This document shows, piece after piece, positions 28,238 through 37,400 of a stretch of 50,588 nucleotides of DNA. Position 1 is the first letter of the stretch, and each line of letters starts with the position of its first letter. Source of the stretch: Candidatus Eiseniibacteriota bacterium (GTDB taxonomy: Bacteria; Eisenbacteria; RBG-16-71-46; SZUA-252); assembly GCA_041486775.1 (NCBI GenBank), contig JBGPMB010000003.1, positions 1-50,588 on the forward strand. The letters are read 5' to 3'. Both the position numbers and the translations under genes were made by a program. The notes under the pieces are model-generated. The model did no database searches and was not told where the DNA came from. It saw only the letters and a program-made list of their open reading frames with translations.

Positions 28238-29632
28238 TCAGCCTAGGTCCCGGGAGCCCTGGGTGTCAACCGAAAACCCCGTGCGGATACGCTCCAGCAG
28301 CGTCTCCCGGCGGTTCAGGGCGGGATCTTCCAGCACCTCCTCGAGGAGATGATCCAGGATTTCGCCGACCCGGGGACCGGGGGGCACGTGGAGGACGCTC
28401 ATCACGTCCTTCCCGTCCACGGCGAGGTCGCGCACCGAGAGCGCCTCTTCCGCCTCGAGGACCGCCTCGACGCGCTCGCGCAGCTCTTCGAGATAGTGCG
28501 GGAACCCGGTCTTCGTTCCGTTCCCGATGTTGTCCGCGATCCTGAGATCGAAGAGGTCCGCGATGTGCTCCACGCCGACGCTCCGGATGAACCGGCGCAC
28601 GGCGGCGGCGCCCCACTCGGGACGGTAATCGAACATGTGCTCGCGCACGAGGTGGGCGACGCGATCGGTCCAGTCGCGGCTGAACCGCAGGCGCTCCATC
28701 GCCTCCCGGGCCATCTTCTCGCCGACGAACTGATGGTTGTAGAACGTGGCCTCCCCGTCCTCCTTCTCCAGTCGGGTCGCAGGCTTCCCGACGTCGTGGA
28801 AGAGGGCCGCCAGCCTCACGACGGGCTTGTCGACGGGAGCGGCGTCGCACGTGTAGAGCGTGTGGTAGTAGACGTCGTAGGCGTGGTAGCGGTTCTGCGG
28901 CACCGCGACCGTCGCCTGGATCTCCGGGAGCCAGAGGTCCAGGAGTCCCGCCTGGCGCAGCACCTCGAACCCGCGCGAGGGCTCGCGGGCGTGGAGCATC
29001 TTCACCAGCTCGTCCTGCACGCGCTCGGCCGCGACACGGCCCACCCCCTCCCGGGCGTCCGGAAGGGCGCGCGCGGTCTCCCCGTCGAGCGTGAACTCCA
29101 GGGTCGCCGCGAAACGCGCCGCGCGGATGGGCCTCAACCCGTCCTCGCGGAAACGCTCCCGCGGATCCCCCACAGCCCGGAGAAGGCGGGATTCGAGATC
29201 GGGAATGCCGCCGGTGGGATCGACGAGACGATCACTCCGGGGATCCCAGGCGATGGCGTTGACGGTGAAGTCGCGCCGCTTCAGATCCTCCTCCAGCTCG
29301 CGCACGAAGGTCACGCGCTCAGGGCGCCGGGCGTCCCGGTACTCCGATTCCACCCGGAAGGTCGTGACTTCGCAGGGGCCCGCCTCGGTCGGAACCGTGA
29401 TGGTTCCGAAGCGGGCGCCCGTGGCGATCCCCCGGGGGTGGATCCGAAGCACTTCCTCGGGCGTGGCGCTTGTCCCGATGTCCCAATCTTGCGGCGCGGG
29501 CTTCTCGCCGAGCAGAAGCTCCCGGACCGCGCCCCCGATCACATACGCGCGATGCCCGGCTTCGTGCAGAGCGCGCAGGACGTCGAGGATCGGCTCCGGC
29601 ACCTGGGATGAGGACAAGCGGACGAGGGTCAT
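28238..29632 (-). CDS. Class II CCA tRNA nucleotidyltransferase with HD domain
   Basis: IGGAVRE..DWD, VTTFR, DLKRRDFTVNA, FREDGLR, ERVQDEL, FHDVGKP. Start ATG 29632 preferred. Confidence 0.9.
   Translation of the reverse strand: MTLVRLSSSQVPEPILDVLRALHEAGHRAYVIGGAVRELLLGEKPAPQDWDIGTSATPEEVLRIHPRGIATGARFGTITVPTEAGPCEVTTFRVESEYRDARRPERVTFVRELEEDLKRRDFTVNAIAWDPRSDRLVDPTGGIPDLESRLLRAVGDPRERFREDGLRPIRAARFAATLEFTLDGETARALPDAREGVGRVAAERVQDELVKMLHAREPSRGFEVLRQAGLLDLWLPEIQATVAVPQNRYHAYDVYYHTLYTCDAAPVDKPVVRLAALFHDVGKPATRLEKEDGEATFYNHQFVGEKMAREAMERLRFSRDWTDRVAHLVREHMFDYRPEWGAAAVRRFIRSVGVEHIADLFDLRIADNIGNGTKTGFPHYLEELRERVEAVLEAEEALSVRDLAVDGKDVMSVLHVPPGPRVGEILDHLLEEVLEDPALNRRETLLERIRTGFSVDTQGSRDLG
28240..28269 (-). 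promoter_or_regulatory. sigma70-type promoter for polyprenyl synthase-rsfS-argS-pfkB
   Basis: TTGACA (28269-28264), 18-nt spacer, TAGGCT (28245-28240), inside the 3' end of the CCA gene. Confidence 0.55.
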
Positions 29633-29688
29633 GGGCTCGGATGGTATCAGAGCTTGATCCGCCTCGGCGCGCTCCCTAGCATGCGACC

Positions 29689-30069
29689 ATGCCACGGAAT
29701 CGCCGGCCCGCGCCCTGGATCGGGCGCGCCCTTCTCCTGCTGCTCGCGGTGGTACCCGGCGCGCTTTCCTGGGACCAGGCCGCCGCGTCGCCGCTCTTCC
29801 TCTCCTCCGCCGACCAGGGACCCTGGCTCGCGGCGGACAAGGAGCTTCACTTCGCGGGCTCGCTCGCGATCGCGGCTTCGCTCCGCGTGGAGGGGCAGAG
29901 CCGCCGGACTTCGGTGGCCGGGACCTTCAGCGTCGGGATCCTGAAAGAGGCGTACGACGCGGCGATCAAACCGCGCCGCATGGGACGCGGAGCGAGCTGG
30001 AAGGACCTCGCGGCGGATCTTGCGGGGGCGCTGGCCGGGGTCCTCGTGGTGAGCGCCCTCGACCGCTAG
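29689..30069 (+). CDS. YfiM/DUF2279-like small membrane or exported protein
   Basis: W..DKELHF, GILKEAYD and GASWKDLAADLAG resemble the YfiM family; signal-like N-terminus. Confidence 0.65.
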   Translation: MPRNRRPAPWIGRALLLLLAVVPGALSWDQAAASPLFLSSADQGPWLAADKELHFAGSLAIAASLRVEGQSRRTSVAGTFSVGILKEAYDAAIKPRRMGRGASWKDLAADLAGALAGVLVVSALDR

Positions 30070-31478
30070 ATCCCGTCCTTGCGCGGCAGGGTGATCGTGA
30101 ATCGCGCCCCGGAGCCGGAGACGTTCTGCGCCGCGATCTTCCCCCCGTGGTTCTGGACGATGCGGTAGCTGGCCGGGAGGCCGATGCCGTGCCCTTCGGC
30201 CTTCGTGGTGAAGGACGGCTCGAAGGGGCGGCGCAGGGCCTGCTCCGGGAGGCCCGGTCCGTTGTCCTCGACCGCGAGCTCGACCTCGCCGGCCGCCTGC
30301 TTCAAACGCGTGCGGACGGTGATCCGCGGCATGGGAGACTTCGCGCCCTGGAGCGCGTCGGCCGAGTTGCTGAAGAGATTCATGAGAACCTGCTGCACCT
30401 GGGCCGGGTCCAGGTTCATCACCGGCACCTCCTCGGAGAGATCCAGGCTGAACTCCACCCGTTCGTACTTGTTCTGCGGCGTGACAAACTCCACGGTGCG
30501 CCGGATCAGATCGTTCAGCTTCGTGGGCTGCTTCCGCACGTCCTTGTGCGAGAAATCCATGAGGCCCTTCGTGAGCACGGTCATGGTGCGGGCCTGCTCG
30601 AAGATGACCTGGGCGTTCTCCTGGGCCTTCTCCGGGGTCATCGTGCCCACCCCCATGAGGAAGAACTGCGCCCGGGCCGAGATGGCCGCGAGCGAGTTGT
30701 TCAGCTCGTGGCCGATCTCCGCGGCCATTTCCCCTTTCGCCGCGAGCCGCTCCGAGCTGATCAGCTCGTCCTTCGCCCGCTCGAGGGCGATGTACTTCGC
30801 GCTGGCCTCCTTGATGAGAAGGAGCGGCACGAAGAAGAAGATGAGCCCGTAGAACCCGATGGCCATGTAGGACACGACGACGAGAGGCGAGAGGAAGAAG
30901 AGGGCCGCCGAGGAGATGAGCGAGTTGTAGTAGATGTACTCCTCGCGCCAGGTCTTCAAGAGCCTCCGCCGTGTGCTCAGAGCCACCGCGCCGGCCACGA
31001 GCATCGTATTCACCACGAAATAGACGACCGAGGCTGCGACCCAGGGGAGAATGAGGGACAGACCGAAGGTCTCGGAATGCGTTCCTTCCTGGCCCGCGAG
31101 CGGCACGCCGCCGAGAAGCGAATAGACGAGGCCCCCCGCCGCGAGCGCCACCGCGTTCTGCCCCGCGTTGAAGAGCGTCTTGAACCAGGGCCGGCGCGAG
31201 AAGACCACGTTGGCGATCGCGAACGCGATCGCCACGATCCAGATGGCGGGGCGGTAGCCAAGCAGCACGACGAGGCTCAGGTCCACGGTGGAGGCCATGC
31301 TCTCCATGGCCTGACCGGTGATGGTGGAAAGCCAGAGGCTCTCGGCGAGAAGGCTGACGAGGATCCACGCGGCAATGTGGATCGGAGCGACGGTGCGGAA
31401 CTCGGGAAACGCCGACGCGAGGACCGCCGCGCCGACGGCAACGACCGAAACGATATAGACGACGAGTCCGCGACTCAG
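30066..31478 (-). CDS. Sensor histidine kinase with N-terminal multi-TM sensor domain (probable CTG start at 31478)
   Basis: H-box GHELNNSL, N-box QVLMNLFSNS, DNGPGL, FTTK, GHGIGL. The hydrophobic frame extends 57 codons upstream of ATG 31307 to a CTG preceded by GAGGGA. Confidence 0.88.
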   Translation of the reverse strand: MSRGLVVYIVSVVAVGAAVLASAFPEFRTVAPIHIAAWILVSLLAESLWLSTITGQAMESMASTVDLSLVVLLGYRPAIWIVAIAFAIANVVFSRRPWFKTLFNAGQNAVALAAGGLVYSLLGGVPLAGQEGTHSETFGLSLILPWVAASVVYFVVNTMLVAGAVALSTRRRLLKTWREEYIYYNSLISSAALFFLSPLVVVSYMAIGFYGLIFFFVPLLLIKEASAKYIALERAKDELISSERLAAKGEMAAEIGHELNNSLAAISARAQFFLMGVGTMTPEKAQENAQVIFEQARTMTVLTKGLMDFSHKDVRKQPTKLNDLIRRTVEFVTPQNKYERVEFSLDLSEEVPVMNLDPAQVQQVLMNLFSNSADALQGAKSPMPRITVRTRLKQAAGEVELAVEDNGPGLPEQALRRPFEPSFTTKAEGHGIGLPASYRIVQNHGGKIAAQNVSGSGARFTITLPRKDGI

Positions 31479-31565
31479 GTGCGATCCCTCGGGTTACGAG
31501 CCGGCCGTCACCGCGGATTGTGCGCGAGCCCTAAGCGTCTTCAGCCATCCGTGGCACGCTCCCGC

Positions 31566-31594
31566 ACCCTACGCCGCGCTACCGCGAGGGTCAA
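31566..31594 (-). promoter_or_regulatory. sigma70-type promoter for the histidine kinase
   Basis: TTGACC (31594-31589), 17-nt spacer, TAGGGT (31571-31566). Confidence 0.45.
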
Positions 31595-32289
31595 CGGGAT
31601 TCCCCGCCGGGAAGGAGCTCGCGCGGGTCGAGCGGCTGGGTGCGGACGCCCCGGGGGAGGCTCAGGACGAGATCGTGCGGGTCCGCCTTCGGGAGGATCG
31701 TGATCGAGCGGAATTCGACCTCAACCGAGTCCTCGTCTCCTCCGGCGCTCACCCATCGCGGAAGTCCGGTCGTGGGATCCGCCGCGAGCCACACCGACAT
31801 GTTCGGAAGCGAATCGCCGAGGGAGGCGCGGTGCAGGCGATAACCGTCGCGCCATACGCCCGCCTTACGCCTCCGCTCCCGCACCGCTTGATAGTCCGCG
31901 TCGAGCAGCTTCTCGGGTGTGAGGACGAGCTGACGCATCCGGGCGGGCGCGCGCTCCCACTCCGCCCGATAGAGGACGCCCTCCGTGGGACGGTAGACGA
32001 GGAAGGCTCCCTTCTCGCGGTCCACGACGATGTCCTCGCCGCCGCTCTCCTCGGAGCGGAACCGAAGCCCGCGCCCGGGCAGAAACCAGATCCGCCCCGC
32101 CGTGCGCTCCCCCGGTCCGCCGAAGGGATCGCTCCGCGTGATGAACACGCGCGAGCGGGACTCGGGAGCGCGGAGAAGACGCGCCAGCATGCTCTCGACC
32201 TCTTCCCGAGGCGAGGCCTGCTGGGAATGCACCGCCCCGAGTGAGAGCGCCGCCAGGAACGCCGGGACCCACAACCGCGCCACGTTCAT
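31591..32289 (-). CDS. LolA-like periplasmic lipoprotein carrier
   Basis: Signal peptide; GRIWFLPGRGLRF..DIVVD....LVYRP beta-strand pattern typical of LolA-fold proteins; C-terminal LPRGV. ATG 32289 overlaps the upstream stop (ATGA). Confidence 0.6.
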   Translation of the reverse strand: MNVARLWVPAFLAALSLGAVHSQQASPREEVESMLARLLRAPESRSRVFITRSDPFGGPGERTAGRIWFLPGRGLRFRSEESGGEDIVVDREKGAFLVYRPTEGVLYRAEWERAPARMRQLVLTPEKLLDADYQAVRERRRKAGVWRDGYRLHRASLGDSLPNMSVWLAADPTTGLPRWVSAGGDEDSVEVEFRSITILPKADPHDLVLSLPRGVRTQPLDPRELLPGGESR

Positions 32290-33158
32290 GGTTCCGTTCC
32301 CCCTTCCGAAAGGCCCAGAAGCCAGCGCACGAAGGACCGGCCGTCCTGCTCGTCGAGCGGGAGGATCGTCCATCCGGGCTCGGTCTTCGTGCCATAGCGG
32401 ATCTTGGCCGCATCGGCCGGCGCGTGATCCTCGATCTTCAGCCTCACCACGCTGCCAGAGAACGACCACTCGATCCAGCTTGGAATGCGCCCCGCGGCAT
32501 AGTTTCGCTCGGGACCATAGCGCACCTCGATCAGGTCGCGCGCCTCCCCCTCCCGCCGAAGCGCCAAGGATCGGGGCTCGCCGCGAGGAGAGAGCTCGAA
32601 CCTGAAGCGATCCGCACCGAGCGATCCTTCGAGCTGCCACCCACCGGCGGATTCCCGCGCGGCCGCGCGCTCGAGCGCGTGGCGCACCCACGCCGCGCTG
32701 AAATCCCAGGGCGCGCCGATGAAGCGCAGGAGCCTGCCATCGATCCCCTCTTCCCCCGAGAGGGTGCCCGCGGCCCCGATTTCGGTGCGGCGAAGCACCA
32801 GAAAGAGGGAATCTCCCTGGAGGGAGGCGTCGAGGACACGCGCGGGGCCCACGTAGGCAACGAGGGCCATGCTCTCGGCGGCCGCACCCCATCGCACCCG
32901 GGCGCTGCCCCGCCCCTCGCTTCCCCTCCGGACCGAGATCGATCCCACCCCGCGCGTCGCCCCGTGCGGCTCGGCGTAGGCGGCGAGAAAGCGGTCGCGG
33001 GCCGCCGTCCCCGAGCTCGCCTTGGGGATCCGCGCGCATCCTCCGTGGAGCAGGACGAGGGCGGCCGCGGCCAGGAGCGCTGCCGGGCGCCACGCGGGCG
33101 CTTGCGCCGAGCGCCGAAAGCGGGCACGCTCCGGAGCGTGGCCAAGAACGCCGTGCAT
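32286..33158 (-). CDS. Predicted lipoprotein, possible LolB/DUF4292-like fold
   Basis: Hydrophobic stretch ending LLHGG-C (lipobox-like); about 250 aa beta-rich mature part; translationally coupled to the LolA-like gene. Confidence 0.5.
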   Translation of the reverse strand: MHGVLGHAPERARFRRSAQAPAWRPAALLAAAALVLLHGGCARIPKASSGTAARDRFLAAYAEPHGATRGVGSISVRRGSEGRGSARVRWGAAAESMALVAYVGPARVLDASLQGDSLFLVLRRTEIGAAGTLSGEEGIDGRLLRFIGAPWDFSAAWVRHALERAAARESAGGWQLEGSLGADRFRFELSPRGEPRSLALRREGEARDLIEVRYGPERNYAAGRIPSWIEWSFSGSVVRLKIEDHAPADAAKIRYGTKTEPGWTILPLDEQDGRSFVRWLLGLSEGGTEP

Positions 33159-33893
33159 GAAGAGCTTCGGGTGTGGAGCCCCGCGAAGGGATCCCTGCCC
33201 TCCAAGGCATGGTTCGGCGTTCCGACACGCCGGGGAGGCGTGAGCCGCGGGGCGTATGCCTCGCTCAATCTCGGGCTCGGGGTCGGAGACGAGAAGGAAG
33301 ACGTGCTCCAGAACCAATCCATCCTCTTCCGCGCGCTCGGCATCTCCGAGACGGGACCGCTCCGCGTCCGGCAAGTTCACGGCACCCGCGTCGTGACCCC
33401 GAGGGAGGCGTCGTCCGACGCGGACGGCTTTCTCCTCGAGGCCGGCGACCCCTGGACCGCAATCTCCGTCGCCGACTGCGCCCCGGTCTTCCTCGTCGCG
33501 AAGGACGGCTCGCGCGCCGCCCTCCTCCACTCGGGCTGGCGGGGCGCCCGCGGCGGGATCGCTCCCCGCGTGGCCCGCCTCCTGGCCGAGCGCGGAGTGC
33601 CCGCGTCCGAGATCCTGGTCTCGATCGGTCCCTGCATCCATGCGTGTTGTTACCCCGTCGGTCCGGAAGTGGCTCGCGAGTTTCCGGGGGAAGCGCTGAA
33701 GCCCCACCCCGACGGGGTCGCGCTCGATCTGCCGCGCGCGATCACGCTCTCGCTGCTCGAGGCCGGGGTCGGCGAATCCGCCGTGCAGAAAGCGCCGGAG
33801 TGTACTTCGTGCCAGGCTGCTTCCTTCTACTCGCACCGCCGCGATCGAGGAGTCACGGGCCGCCATTGGGCGCTCGCCCGCCTCGCACCGTGA
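33153..33893 (+). CDS. pgeF: PgeF/YfiH-family purine nucleoside phosphorylase / peptidoglycan editing factor
   Basis: TRRGGVS..YASLNLG, QVHG, VADCAPV, HSGWRG, IGPCI..CY.VG, CT.C..FYSHRR. Start GTG 33153 or 33171. Confidence 0.9.
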   Translation: MHEELRVWSPAKGSLPSKAWFGVPTRRGGVSRGAYASLNLGLGVGDEKEDVLQNQSILFRALGISETGPLRVRQVHGTRVVTPREASSDADGFLLEAGDPWTAISVADCAPVFLVAKDGSRAALLHSGWRGARGGIAPRVARLLAERGVPASEILVSIGPCIHACCYPVGPEVAREFPGEALKPHPDGVALDLPRAITLSLLEAGVGESAVQKAPECTSCQAASFYSHRRDRGVTGRHWALARLAP

Positions 33894-34428
33894 CCAGGGT
33901 ACGCAGCAGGCGGCGATAGGCCTTCCTGCCGAGGAAGCCGAGCATCAATCCCAGCACGGTCCCGCCCAGGACGTCGGACGGATAGTGGTCCCCCACGTAG
34001 ATCCTCGAGAAGCACACCGCCGCCGCGCAGGCATACGCGAAAACCGTGACCTCGGGAAACACAGCCGACACGACAGGGGCCGCGGAGAAGAAGTTGGCCG
34101 CGTGCGTCGAGGGGAAGGAATACGAGGTTCGCCTCCCGAAGAGCGGCACGGTGTCGGTGAGCGCTGTCGAGGGCCGGATGCGATGGAAGACCGGCTTCAG
34201 AATGTGGCTGCTCAACTGATCCGCGGCCGCGATGGTGAGGCACAGGACCACGAGGCCGATCGCTCCCCGACGCCCGCGCACGAGGAGCAAGAGGGCCACG
34301 AGGCCCAGGATGGGGAATTTCCACGGGCCGGGATCGGTGAGCGCCACCATGATGGGATCGAGCCACGGATGATGCATTCCGTGGTGAACCGCCCGGAAGA
34401 TCGCGACGTCCCAGTCGGCCGGCGTCAT
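33853..34428 (-). CDS. PAP2-family membrane phosphatase
   Basis: K..FHRIRP, SFPSTH and SRIYVGDHYPSDV (PAP2 motifs C1-C3). Start ATG 34428. Confidence 0.92.
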   Translation of the reverse strand: MTPADWDVAIFRAVHHGMHHPWLDPIMVALTDPGPWKFPILGLVALLLLVRGRRGAIGLVVLCLTIAAADQLSSHILKPVFHRIRPSTALTDTVPLFGRRTSYSFPSTHAANFFSAAPVVSAVFPEVTVFAYACAAAVCFSRIYVGDHYPSDVLGGTVLGLMLGFLGRKAYRRLLRTLVTVRGGRAPNGGP

Positions 34429-34439
34429 GGCCCAGGCGG

Positions 34440-37400
34440 TCAGAAGTCCGCGCCGAGCGTCACGAAATGGTGCGAGGAGCCCGTGGGGTGCTGGAAGTTG
34501 GTGCCGCGTCCGAAATCGTACCGAAGGATGAAATAGCCGAGATTGATGCGCGCCCCCGCGCCGTAGGCGAAGAGCAGATCGTTCGAGTGGAGTCCCCCGA
34601 CGCTCGAGAAGAAGCGGGGCGTGGTGCCCTTCTGCCATGCGCTCGCCGCGTCCATGAAGAACACGCCGTTGATGCCGCCCAAGGAAATGCGCCCCGGCCA
34701 CCCGAAGCGAAGCTGCTCGATGAGGGGGAAGCGGAACTCGAGATTGCTCAAGAGCGCGTTCGAGCCGGTGAGGTCGCCGTAGTCCACGCCGCGGAACGTG
34801 AACGCGCCGCCGAACCGGAACAGGCGCGGATCCCGCCCGAAGCTGGTGCCGCCGATGACGCGCTGCGCGAAGGCGTAGTTGTGGTGGATGTTGCTGTAGC
34901 GCCGCCAGTCCATCAGGAGCGTCGTGTAGGACACGTCCCCGAAGGCGTGCTCCGCGGTGTAGCTCGACCGGCCGCCGTTGACCGGCCCGGTCGACCCATA
35001 GAGCGCGTTATCGGCGACCAGCCCGACGTTGGGCGCGGCATAGAGATAGGTCTTGTCGGCGACCTGCCGGGAGATGGTCCCCAGATCGTAATTGTAGAGA
35101 AGCACGCCCTTGTCCAGCGCCGCGGCTTCCACCCCGTATTCGATTCGCCGGAAGCGGCTGAAGGGACGGGACATCAGGAATGCCCCGCCGCGATAGATCT
35201 GGCTTTCCACCTGATCGGTGCTCGGGGAGCTGAGCAGGAGCAGGTCGGCCCGGTACTGGTACGCGGCCACGGTGTAGTTCGTGCGGTGCGCCAGGTTCGA
35301 ATAGGCGAGGAAGATGTCCGAGTTCGCGATGTCACCGAAGAGATTGAGGGAGACCAGGATGTTGTGGTTCCCCAGCACGTCGCTGAACGACATCACCGAC
35401 GACCCGGCGAATCCGATGTTCGAGGCGAAGAACGCTCCGCCCGAGACATAGTCCCGCGAGAATCTCGGCCGGTACGGGGCGTGCCGGAAGGTCGTGCTGT
35501 CCACCAACGGCTCGCGATACACCTGCCGCACGTAGAGGGCGAGGGTGGTATCCGGGGCGGCCACGCGCGCGCTGTCGGACCAGGCCCGCATGGAGTCGGA
35601 CGCCAGGCCGCGCGAGCCGATCGTCAGGGCGGATGTCGCTACGGAGTCCCGCGCCGCGTAGCTGGCCGGACTCACCGGGCCCATCGCAGCCGCCGGAGGA
35701 TCGAGCGGCGCGCGCTCGGCGTCGGAAACCTCCTCCGTGACGCCCGCCTGCGCCAGAAGAGGCGCTTCCGCGGGGATCGAGGGTGAGGCCAGCACCGGAG
35801 GCGACGCCAGGAACTTGGGCACGTCGCGGATGGAATAGATGTCCCACCCGCCGCGCGTGAAGGCCGAGAACACCAGCCTCTTTCCGTCGCGCGAGAGCGA
35901 GATGCAGGGGCTCTCCGGGGTGATTCCCGAGACGCCGCAGAGGAGGTTCGAGAGCCGGACCGTCTCACCCGTCACGAGATCCTGACGGAAGATGTTCGGA
36001 ATTCCGAAGCGGTCGGACACGAATACGATCGAGGAGCCCCCGGGTCCCCACTGCGGGGAGATATTCGTCCCGCGCTGATTCGGGAGCACCGTCACGTTTC
36101 CGCTCGCGACGTCGAGAATGGAGATGCTCAGCTTGCCGAAGATGAGCCGCTTCAAGTCGGTGTCCGGGCCCTCGTCGGTGGAGAGCACGATGCGGCTGCC
36201 GTCCGGGGACCAGGAAGGATCCCGCACCGCGTACTTCCCGCCGAAGATCTCGCGTGAATTCTTACCATCCGAGTCGCAGATGTAGAGCTTGGAGTGCCCT
36301 CCCTTGATCCCCACGAAGGCGAGCTCCTTCCCATCGGGCGACCAGGTGGGCGAGTAGATGGCGTCGAGGCCGAACTTGAGCTTCGCCTTCACCTTCCCCG
36401 ACGGGATCTCGATGACGTAGATCGCGTCCTGGCCGCCGATCTTCGCGGGCAGCGCGATCCGGCTCTCGTCCGCGGTCCAGGCGATCGAGGTATTGAAGAA
36501 CCGCAGCGTCTCGAAGCTTCCCGTCCGCTCCCCCTCCACGAGCTTCTTGAAGATCTTCCCATCGAGGGCCGAGGCGAGATACACGTCGTTGTACATGCTC
36601 CGGTCGGAGATGAAGACCATTTGCGTCCCGCTCGGAGAGACCGACGGCGCCACGTTGAAATTCGACATGTCGCGCTGCGCGTCGGTGATGCGCGAAGCGA
36701 TCTGGTCCGGCTTGTCGTGCTCGGCGATCTGCGGCAGGTACTCCTTGCGGACGGCCTCCGTCCATTTCTTCGAGAGCACATCGACCGAGAGGCCGGTCGC
36801 GGAGGCGAGCGCCCGGTCGACGCTTCCCATCCGCCGCGTCCTTTTCAATATTTCGCCGATCTTCTGAATGCCGTAGGTATCGGCGATGAACTGGAAGATG
36901 GACTGACCGAAACGGTAGACACGGATGTCGCCGACATAGTCGAGCACCCGGATCGGAATCAGGTAGCCCTCGAGGGAGGCGTCGCGGAGCCACATCTTGG
37001 TGTTGTTGTCGATCTCGGCGATCGAAAGGTACTCGGCCATACCCTCCATGAACCAGCCCGGAGGCGAGGACGAGAAGGGGTTCCCCACCAGGCTCTGGCG
37101 TTCGCCGAACAGGATGTCGACCTGGAAGGCGTGTACCAGCTCGTGGGTCAGGACGTGGTCCAGCTCCGCGTAGGAGCCGGTGAACGGAAGGAAGACGCGG
37201 CGCTTGAGGAACTCGGTCACGCCCCCGGTGCCCACGCCCAAGAGTTCGGGAGTGATGTTCGTCTGCTCGAAATCCGTGTGCGAGGCGTAGAGGACCAGCG
37301 GGACCTTCGCCTTGATCTGGTGGTCCAGCACGCGGCTCAGCCGGCGGTAGGCGCGCTCGGCCATGACCGCCGCGTCCTGAACCGCTTCCTCTTCACCCGT

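Noticed and set aside
31551-31566. TGGCACG on the plus strand resembling a sigma54 -24 box
   Set aside because: GG-to-GC spacing is 9 nt rather than 10, and it points at no plus-strand gene.
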